A stretch of 64,000 nucleotides of DNA, taken from the NCBI GenBank assembly GCA_947259195.1, contig CAMYLC010000021.1, positions 34,148-98,147 on the forward strand. Reading direction: 5' to 3'. The position numbers and the translations under genes were made by a program. This document shows positions 41,836-49,123 of the stretch, one piece after another (positions within the stretch are counted from its first letter, which is position 1; every line of letters starts with the position of its first letter). A model generated the notes under the pieces. That model saw only the letters and a list, made by a program, of their open reading frames with translations. It ran no database searches and was not told the origin of the DNA. This DNA is from Thermoanaerobaculia bacterium (GTDB lineage Bacteria > Acidobacteriota > Thermoanaerobaculia > Multivoradales > JAHEKO01).

Positions 41836-42915
41836 ATGTCCGAGTCCAATTCGACAGCCCACCGCGGGCGGTGGATCCCTGTTTTGACAGCCCTGCTGAT
41901 GGTTGTCTGTCTGGCCCCTTACCTTGGCTACGCCCTGGAGGTCCCGGCCAGGGTTTTGGCGATCGGCGACAGCCATGCCGGGTACGAAGGCCTGGATGCG
42001 AGGCTCGCTGCCTTTCCCCCGCCAGGTCCTGAGTCGCAAGGCGCCAAGACGCCGAACCGGGTCTTTCATGGTCCCGACGGCGCGCCCTTGCCTTTCCAAA
42101 CGGTCTCCGAGGTAGAGGAGTTCTTGCGCACGGCGAATGTAGTCGACGTACAGCTCATTGGGGAGGGCGTCACCAAACCGAAGAGGATCCTCCTGGAAGC
42201 TGGCGGCGTCCAGGCGCGGGCGAAGTTCGGTTACTACGATTTCAAGGGACAGGGAGAGAAACTGGCAGACGGCACGACAGAGATGTACTTCCAGGACAGC
42301 TACAAGGCGGACATGGCGGGGTACGTGCTGAGTCGACTACTGGGAATGGAGATGGTGCCGCCCGCTGTCGCCCGACAGGTGGAGGGTCAGGATGGCATCG
42401 TCCAGATATGGATTGAAGATCTGACCAGCTATGAGAGCTGGATTCAGGATGGCAATTCCGGTCAGCCGGCCTCGCTCTATTTCCAGCGGCAGGTCAAGGA
42501 CATGAAGACCTTCGATCTGCTGATCCGGAATATCGACCGTCACAGTCGCAACATCAATTGGGACAACGACTGGAACCTCTGGCTCATCGATCACACACGC
42601 AGCCTGGCCAAGGATGCGACCCTCCGCAAGGAAGACTCCTTCAAGGGTTGCTCCAGGGGGCTCTTCCAGGCGATTCGAGGCTTGAGCAAGAGCGATTTGG
42701 AGGCAGCTCTCGGCCCCTACCTCGGCGGGTTCGAGATCAAGGCACTCCTCAAACGACGGGACAAGCTCGTGAAGATGATCGAAGGACAGATCAAGAAGCA
42801 GGGCGAAGACAGGATTCTGTTCAACTACGGAGATGCACCGCCGGGTCTGGTCATCAGTTACGACGAATCTGCTGAGCTGGCGCCGCACGGCGCTGCAGCC
42901 AAGAGTGCTGGATAG
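41836..42915 (+). CDS. Exported atypical kinase-fold protein, paralog 3 (with N-terminal metallophosphoesterase-like remnant)
   Basis: Signal peptide ending GYA; GPDGAPLPF..VEEFL, GVTKP, DSYK, LSRLLGMEMVPP, GIVQIW, FDLLIRNIDRHSRN, WLIDHTRS. Confidence 0.78.
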   Translation: MSESNSTAHRGRWIPVLTALLMVVCLAPYLGYALEVPARVLAIGDSHAGYEGLDARLAAFPPPGPESQGAKTPNRVFHGPDGAPLPFQTVSEVEEFLRTANVVDVQLIGEGVTKPKRILLEAGGVQARAKFGYYDFKGQGEKLADGTTEMYFQDSYKADMAGYVLSRLLGMEMVPPAVARQVEGQDGIVQIWIEDLTSYESWIQDGNSGQPASLYFQRQVKDMKTFDLLIRNIDRHSRNINWDNDWNLWLIDHTRSLAKDATLRKEDSFKGCSRGLFQAIRGLSKSDLEAALGPYLGGFEIKALLKRRDKLVKMIEGQIKKQGEDRILFNYGDAPPGLVISYDESAELAPHGAAAKSAG

Positions 42916-43004
42916 GGTCCGCCAACCGGCCTCGACTGGTGGTCTGCTGGGCTCGGTGGAGGGTTGACTGCTAAACCCGAGAGAGTAGTTTGCGTAATGC
43001 AGGT

Positions 43005-43919
43005 ATGAGCGCGGTTCTGCCGGGGTGTCTCCCGTTCGCCTGTGTGTTGGCTCTGGCTACACTGTCGCCGGCCTCGGCACAGTCGGTGCCTGCCGGAACC
43101 TTCGACTCCCGAGTCTTGTTGGGCCCTGATGGAAAGAGCCTCCGGTTAGCCGCCCAGGATGAGATCCTTGGATTCCTGACCAGTGCCGAAGAACGCTCGG
43201 TCACGGTCCTGTCACGTGGAATTACCGGGGCAAAGAGGCTGACCCTGGAACGTGGGGAGACCGCAGCTCGGGTCATCTTTCATGACGTCGATCGATACGA
43301 GCAGAAACTGAAGCGGCTGCCGAACGGCAGGACCGTGATGTATCTGCGAGACAGCTACAAGAGTCAGATAGCCGCCTATCGTCTGGGAAGGCTCCTAGGA
43401 ATGCAGAATGTGCCGCCGACTGTGCTGCGGGTGTCGGGGAGCGCTACGGGCTCAGCGCAGCTGTGGATCGAAAAGGCGATGACCGAGGATATTCGATTGA
43501 GCGAAGGCCTCGAACCGCCGGACCACAATCTGTGGAACCAGAGCCTGGCCGACATGCAGGTTTTCGACAATCTGATCAACAACATCGATCGCAACCAGGG
43601 CAATATGTTGGTGGACTCCTTCGGCAATCTCTGGTTAATCGATCACACGCGTGCGTTCGGGCAGGACAAGGTGCTCCCACTGCCCGAGATGATCAGTCGG
43701 TGCTCGAATTCCATGCTGCAGGCCATCCGCTCGCTGAACGAAGAGACCGTCAGAAAGGAGCTAGCTCCCTTACTCTCTCGTGTCGAGATCAAGGCGCTTT
43801 GGCACAGACGGGCCAGGGTGCTGAAACGAATCGAACAGCAACTTGCATCCAAGGGTCCGGAGTCGGTCCTGTTCGACTATGGCGATCCCGATCCCGGCGT
43901 GACCATTCTGGATGAGTGA
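43005..43919 (+). CDS. Exported atypical kinase-fold protein, paralog 4
   Basis: Signal peptide ending ASA; GPDG, GIT, DSYKSQIAAYRLGRLLGM, VPPTV, GSAQLW, FDNLINNIDRNQGN, WLIDHTRAF. Alternative TTG start at 42990. Confidence 0.78.
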   Translation: MSAVLPGCLPFACVLALATLSPASAQSVPAGTFDSRVLLGPDGKSLRLAAQDEILGFLTSAEERSVTVLSRGITGAKRLTLERGETAARVIFHDVDRYEQKLKRLPNGRTVMYLRDSYKSQIAAYRLGRLLGMQNVPPTVLRVSGSATGSAQLWIEKAMTEDIRLSEGLEPPDHNLWNQSLADMQVFDNLINNIDRNQGNMLVDSFGNLWLIDHTRAFGQDKVLPLPEMISRCSNSMLQAIRSLNEETVRKELAPLLSRVEIKALWHRRARVLKRIEQQLASKGPESVLFDYGDPDPGVTILDE

Positions 43920-44012
43920 CCGGCTGCGGTCCAGCGGTGGAGGTGGTGGCACCGCAGATGGCGAAGAACGGGCTCACCATACCTCGGGCTCCACAGGGGT
44001 AGACTTGCCCGA

Positions 44013-45821
44013 ATGACGAAGACCTCCTTCCCCGATCTGAGAGCTTTCCTCGAACACCTGCGACGAGGTGGGGATCTCGCCGTGGTGGAGGCACCCGTCG
44101 ACCCTCGGCTGGAGGTGGCAGAGGTTCATCGTCGGGTGATCGCCGCCGACGGCCCAGCTCTGCTCTTCACCAACCCCGTGGGCTCGGCCTATCCACTGGT
44201 GACGAATCTCTTTGGATCTGCCCGCCGGGCGGAGGCAGCCTTCGGGCCTGAGCCTTTGCGTCTCATCAAGCGCCTCGTGTCGCTCTCGCAGGATCTGTTG
44301 CCTCCGACGCTGTCAGGCCTCTGGGGTGCGAAGGACGTGGCCTGGAAAGCGCTGCGAATCGGCTCCAGGAAGACCGGTCAGGGCCCGGTCATGCAGAGGC
44401 TCAGCCGAGAACCGGACCTGAGTCAGCTCCCCGTGATTACCTCCTGGCCGGATGACGGAGGGCCGTTCATGACACTTCCTCTGGTCTTCACCGAGCATCC
44501 AGAGGGTGCCGGCCACAATCTCGGGATGTACCGGATGCAGGTGTATGACCGACGTTCAACTGGAATGCACTGGCAGATCGGCAAAGGGGGTGGCTTTCAC
44601 TACGCCGTGGCGGAGGCTCTCCAGCAGCCTCTCCCAGCGACGGTCTATCTCGGAGGACCTCCGGCGCTGATTCTCGCCGCGGTCGCTCCTTTGCCCGAAA
44701 ACGTCCCCGAGCTCATGCTGGCCTCGCTCATCGTCGGTGAGAAGCTGCGTGTCTGCTCGGGACCCGACGGTGCCGGCCTGCTGGCAGATTGCGAGTTCGC
44801 TCTTGGGGGTAGGGTGACTGCCGACCTGCGCCGTATGGAGGGCCCGTTCGGCGACCACTATGGTTACTATTCCCTCGCCCACGAGTACCCGGTCTTCGAG
44901 GTCGATTGGCTGGCCTGTCGCCGGGATGCGATCTATCCAGCGACTGTGGTGGGCAAGCCCCGCCAGGAAGATTTCTTCATTGGGGATCTTCTGCAGGAGT
45001 TGCTGGCTCCCCTGTTTCCGTTGGTGATGCCGGGAGTGATCGATCTCTGGTCCTACGGTGAGACCGGCTATCACTCGCTGGCAGCAGCCGTCGTCAAGGA
45101 GCGCTACAAGCGCGAGGCCATGGCCAGCGCTTTTCGAATTCTGGGCGAAAGCCAGCTTTCACTCACGAAGTTCCTGTTGATCACCGACCAGAGGGTCGAC
45201 CTGAGAAGTTTCAAGGCTACCCTCGAGCACATTCTGGAGCGCACCCGACCCGAGACCGATCTCTTCGTTCTCAGCAACCTCTCGATGGATACGTTGGACT
45301 ACTCTGGGCCGCGAGTCAACGAGGGCTCGAAAGGAGTCTTGCTGGGTTTGGGAGAGCCGGTGAGGCAGCTGCCTGGAGAGTTTCGGGCCGACGTCTTGCC
45401 GTCAGGGGTGACCGAGGTCCAGGTTTTCTGTCCGGGCTGCCTGGTTATCGGCGGTCCACCCCAGCCCGATGAGCCCCAGGCGGGTGAGCGTCTGGCAGCC
45501 GAGGCGGTATTCCGCGATTGGCCCTTGCTCGTCCTGACTGACGAGCCGGTCCGAGCTGCCGCCAGCGCGATGAATTTCCTTTGGACGACCTTCACTCGCT
45601 TCGAACCGGCTGCCGACATTCATGCGGCCGCAAGTCGAGTGGTACGAAACCACGTCGCCTACAGCCCGCCTGTTCTGATCGACGCTCGGCGCAGGGAGGG
45701 TTTTCCATCGGAGCTGTTCTGCTCCCCAGAGATTGCTCAGAGGGTGACGCGGAGATGGAAGGAGTACTTTCCGCAGGGCGGTATCGAGATGGGCGACTCG
45801 GACCGTGGCCATCTGGACTGA
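44013..45821 (+). CDS. UbiD-family prFMN-dependent decarboxylase
   Basis: DLRAFL, NLFGS, NLGMYRMQV, EGPFGDHYGYY, TVVGKPRQED, DTLDYSG. Confidence 0.92.
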   Translation: MTKTSFPDLRAFLEHLRRGGDLAVVEAPVDPRLEVAEVHRRVIAADGPALLFTNPVGSAYPLVTNLFGSARRAEAAFGPEPLRLIKRLVSLSQDLLPPTLSGLWGAKDVAWKALRIGSRKTGQGPVMQRLSREPDLSQLPVITSWPDDGGPFMTLPLVFTEHPEGAGHNLGMYRMQVYDRRSTGMHWQIGKGGGFHYAVAEALQQPLPATVYLGGPPALILAAVAPLPENVPELMLASLIVGEKLRVCSGPDGAGLLADCEFALGGRVTADLRRMEGPFGDHYGYYSLAHEYPVFEVDWLACRRDAIYPATVVGKPRQEDFFIGDLLQELLAPLFPLVMPGVIDLWSYGETGYHSLAAAVVKERYKREAMASAFRILGESQLSLTKFLLITDQRVDLRSFKATLEHILERTRPETDLFVLSNLSMDTLDYSGPRVNEGSKGVLLGLGEPVRQLPGEFRADVLPSGVTEVQVFCPGCLVIGGPPQPDEPQAGERLAAEAVFRDWPLLVLTDEPVRAAASAMNFLWTTFTRFEPAADIHAAASRVVRNHVAYSPPVLIDARRREGFPSELFCSPEIAQRVTRRWKEYFPQGGIEMGDSDRGHLD

Positions 45822-45837
45822 CCGCATCGGAGGCGAT

Positions 45838-46158
45838 ATGAACCTGGAGCTCGAGGGAAAGAAAGCCATGGTAACGGGTGGCAGCAGAGGCCTCGGTTGG
45901 TCCATCGCGATGAGACTGGCGGCGGAGGGTGGCGGTCTGGCCATCTGTGCGCGAGGTGAGGAGGCCCTTGTCGAGGTGGCAGAGGCGGTGCCAGGGATGG
46001 GTCGCCCGGTCCACCACGAGCCCCTCGATGTAACCGAGGCCGAGAGTGTCGACTCATTTGTAGAGCAAGCCGCGCGGCAGCTCGGGGGGGTTGATACGGG
46101 GCCGTTGCGAGCTGCCCAAGGAGGCCTGTCGGGATCGGTGGGAGGAGTCTCTTGGTAG
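45838..46158 (+). pseudogene. Truncated SDR oxidoreductase (N-terminal Rossmann fold only)
   Basis: MNLELEGKKAMVTGGSRGLG...LDVT...LGGVD, then similarity stops before NNAG; no YxxxK; stop at about 106 aa. Confidence 0.8.
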
Positions 46159-46188
46159 GCCCTGTGGGGCTCGCCTGAGGAGGTTTGC

Positions 46189-46791
46189 ATGAGAGGAGTC
46201 GAACAGATTCCATGGCTCTATGACGGCTATATGGCCTTGATGGAAGCTGTCGGCTTCAGGCAGTGGCGGCGCTGGGTTGTGCGGGGAGCCAGGGGTCGAA
46301 CGCTCGACCTCGGTTGTGGTACTGGACGCAACCTGAGGCTGTTCGAGGAGCAAGCCGATGTCACCGGCCTCGAGCTGGAGTTACGCCTGGCGCGCCGGGC
46401 GAGAGGAAGGGCTCACGGTCGGCCTCTGGTCGTGGCCAGAGCCGAGAGCCTCCCTTTCCGGTCCGGAGCCTTTGACACGGTTGTCAGCAGCCTGGTGTTC
46501 TGCTCGGTGAGAAATCCCGAGCAGGGCCTGCTGGAAGTGCACCGTGTGCTGGTGGCCGATGGCAGGCTGCGTATGCTGGAGCATGTCCGCTCGGCGTGGG
46601 CTCCCCTGGCCAGGATGCAGGACCTCTGTCAGCCGCTGTGGACCGGCGTCACGGGTGGCTGCCACCCCAATCGTGAAACCGAGAAGGTGGTCGGACAAGC
46701 AGGCTTCATCATCGATCGGTCGAGTCGGCGGGCTCGGGGCACGATGCGTTGTTTTACGGCCACTCCTAGCGCCGATCTTTCGATCCGATAG
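46189..46791 (+). CDS. Class I SAM-dependent methyltransferase
   Basis: TLDLGCGTG, AESLPF..FDTVV..FCSV, LEHV, GCHPNR. Confidence 0.88.
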   Translation: MRGVEQIPWLYDGYMALMEAVGFRQWRRWVVRGARGRTLDLGCGTGRNLRLFEEQADVTGLELELRLARRARGRAHGRPLVVARAESLPFRSGAFDTVVSSLVFCSVRNPEQGLLEVHRVLVADGRLRMLEHVRSAWAPLARMQDLCQPLWTGVTGGCHPNRETEKVVGQAGFIIDRSSRRARGTMRCFTATPSADLSIR

Positions 46792-47068
46792 CGATTCCAG
46801 CGACGAAGATCGGCGTCACCTCACCACCGGGGCCATTCCGGGTGCGTGCCAATCGGCTCCATCGGACAGCTCCTGTTACCTTGAAGCTCATCCAGGGTCG
46901 ACCCAAACGGAAGGTGTACAGAGCCCCGACGCGAAGGCTGTGGGTGGTCTCGATCGCCAGTCCACCGGCACTGAGATTGAGTAGCTCCCCACTGACGACC
47001 CCGTTGTGGACGTGTACTCCTTGAATGGTTCGGCGGGGATGGCCTCGGCGTTCTTGGATCGACATCAT
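46766..47068 (-). CDS. PilZ-domain (c-di-GMP-binding) protein
   Basis: ERRGHPR (RxxxR), NLSAGG (D/NxSxxG), GAVRW. Confidence 0.75.
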   Translation of the reverse strand: MMSIQERRGHPRRTIQGVHVHNGVVSGELLNLSAGGLAIETTHSLRVGALYTFRLGRPWMSFKVTGAVRWSRLARTRNGPGGEVTPIFVAGIAIGSKDRR

Positions 47069-47278
47069 GGACTCCTTCTGGGTTGCATGACTGGTGTCGG
47101 CGATTTGACGCCGCGGTGTCGGCGGAGCGGCCCCTGCGCTCCATGGATCCTTGACGGGAAAGGGCGCGTCGAGCTTGCAGGACTGACAGACCAGCCAAAC
47201 CGCGATCGCCGTGGAGGCGTCTCGGCGCTCTACCCGGTGCTAGAATCGCGCGGCTCATAGCAGCGCGAGGAGAGAGAA

Positions 47279-48514
47279 TTGGCGAAGCGACACAAAACAG
47301 TGGGTGTCACAGTCGGATCCACTCAGGTGGGGGCTGGTGCTCCGATTGTGGTCCAATCAATGACCAACACGGACACGGCCGATATCGACTCCACCTACCA
47401 GCAGGTGCTCGAGCTTGCGGAGGCCGGTTCCGAGCTGGTCCGAATCACGGTCAATACGGCGGCCGCGGCGGCCGCGGTACCCGAGGTCAAGCGCCGTCTG
47501 GAGGACGCCGGTCGTCTCGTGCCGCTGATCGGAGACTTCCACTACAACGGCCATGTTCTTCTGGCTCAGTTCCCCGACTGCGCGGCAGCCCTCGACAAGT
47601 TCCGCATCAATCCCGGTAACGTGGGGCATGGCGAGCGCCGGGACGACAACTTCGCCACCATCTGTAGGATCGCCGCGGAGCTCGATACGCCGATCCGAAT
47701 AGGCGTCAACGGCGGCTCTCTGAACCAGGATCTTGTAATCGAGAAGATGCAGCAGAACACTGACCAGAGGCTGGGCAAGACCTCGGCAGAGATCTTCAAC
47801 GATTGCATGATTCTCTCGGCTGTACAGTCGACCGAATTGGCCCTGGCATGCGGCCTACGTAGGGATCAGATCGTCCTTTCATGCAAGGTCTCTCGGCCTT
47901 GCGATCTGATTGCTGTCTATCGCCGTCTGGCCGCCGAGTCCGAGCAACCTCTGCATCTGGGTCTGACCGAGGCCGGGATGGGGATGAAGGGTCTGGTTTG
48001 GTCGGCTTCGGCCATGGCGGTGCTACTCGAGGGGGGGATCGGCGACACGCTCCGCATTTCCCTGACTCCGAGACCGGGCGCCGATCGAAGGGAGGAGGTT
48101 TACGCCTGTCTGGAGCTCCTGCAGGCTCTCGACTTGCGCCGCTTTGCTCCCAGTATTACCGCCTGTCCAGGTTGTGGGCGAACCACCTCCACGACGTTCC
48201 AGGAGCTGGCCCAGAGGGTCCAGGAGTACGTGCGAGAGCGCATGCCCCAATGGAAGGAGCGCTTCGCAGGCGTAGAGACGATGACCGTAGCCGTCATGGG
48301 CTGCGTGGTGAACGGTCCAGGCGAATCGAGGGCCGCGAACATCGGAATCAGCCTACCTGGAACCGGTGAATCGCCGCACTGCCCCGTCTACGTCGACGGT
48401 CGCCAGATGACCAGCCTGCAGGGGAACTTCTCAGAACTCTCGGACGCCTTTCGTCAGATCATCGAGGACTACGTCGAAACGAGCTACTCACCTATCACAG
48501 CGGCATCGGCTTAG
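47279..48514 (+). CDS. ispG: (E)-4-hydroxy-3-methylbut-2-enyl-diphosphate synthase
   Basis: VQSMTNTDT, GDFHYNGH, RINPGN, RIGVNGGSL, HLGLTEAG, ACPGCGRT, AVMGCVVNGPGE. Confidence 0.97.
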   Translation: MAKRHKTVGVTVGSTQVGAGAPIVVQSMTNTDTADIDSTYQQVLELAEAGSELVRITVNTAAAAAAVPEVKRRLEDAGRLVPLIGDFHYNGHVLLAQFPDCAAALDKFRINPGNVGHGERRDDNFATICRIAAELDTPIRIGVNGGSLNQDLVIEKMQQNTDQRLGKTSAEIFNDCMILSAVQSTELALACGLRRDQIVLSCKVSRPCDLIAVYRRLAAESEQPLHLGLTEAGMGMKGLVWSASAMAVLLEGGIGDTLRISLTPRPGADRREEVYACLELLQALDLRRFAPSITACPGCGRTTSTTFQELAQRVQEYVRERMPQWKERFAGVETMTVAVMGCVVNGPGESRAANIGISLPGTGESPHCPVYVDGRQMTSLQGNFSELSDAFRQIIEDYVETSYSPITAASA

Positions 48515-48568
48515 AGCTGATGGCCGATCCGATCCATCGGTCAGCTCCCTGACCGTTCGGAGGTATCC

Positions 48569-49087
48569 ATGCCTGTTTCCTCAGAGGACTATCGCGACGC
48601 ACTGCGGCACTTTCCGGCCGGGGTCACCATCGTCACCATCAAGGCCGGCGAGCAGGTCCACGGGTTGACGGTTTCGGCCTTTGCCTCCGTATCGCCCGAC
48701 CCGCCGCTGATCGCTGTGATGATCGACCATCGACACCACGCCTACCCGATGTTGGAGGAGGAGGGTGCCGTGTTCGCGGTCAACATATTGCGGGAAGATC
48801 AGATCGACCTGTCGAACCGCTTCGCCTGGGTCAAGGATGAAGACCGCTTCGCAGAGGGCAACTGGCACAAAGCTGTGACGGGAGCTCCTGTACTGGCCGA
48901 TGCGCTGGTCTGGCTCGACTGCAAGATTCATGGCAGGCGTCCTGCTGGAACCCACACGATCTATCTCGGCGAAGTGCAGGCGAGTGGCATTCCGGAGCCC
49001 GACGCGCCCCCCCTGGTCTACTGGAATCGGGGCTATCGGAGGATTCATCAGCACGAAGAAGAATTGAACGGAGCTGGAATCGATTGA
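48569..49087 (+). CDS. Flavin reductase-like protein
   Basis: FPAGVTIVT, GLTVSAFASVSPDPP, FAVNIL, GTHTIYLGEV, PLVY. Confidence 0.92.
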   Translation: MPVSSEDYRDALRHFPAGVTIVTIKAGEQVHGLTVSAFASVSPDPPLIAVMIDHRHHAYPMLEEEGAVFAVNILREDQIDLSNRFAWVKDEDRFAEGNWHKAVTGAPVLADALVWLDCKIHGRRPAGTHTIYLGEVQASGIPEPDAPPLVYWNRGYRRIHQHEEELNGAGID

Positions 49088-49123
49088 ATCGAACAGCTTC
49101 CAGGCACCGATCTTGAATAGAAG

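Noticed and set aside
20230-43919. Kinase-fold genes as HipA toxins of toxin-antitoxin or defence systems
   Set aside because: All four have signal peptides and none has an adjacent HTH antitoxin or HIRAN gene.
44013-45821. UbiD as the anhydromevalonate-phosphate decarboxylase of the Aeropyrum-type archaeal MVA pathway
   Set aside because: It is 27 kb from the MVA genes, there is no AcnX-type dehydratase or ubiX in the window, and the cluster has its own GHMP decarboxylase. A quinone-pathway role is more likely.
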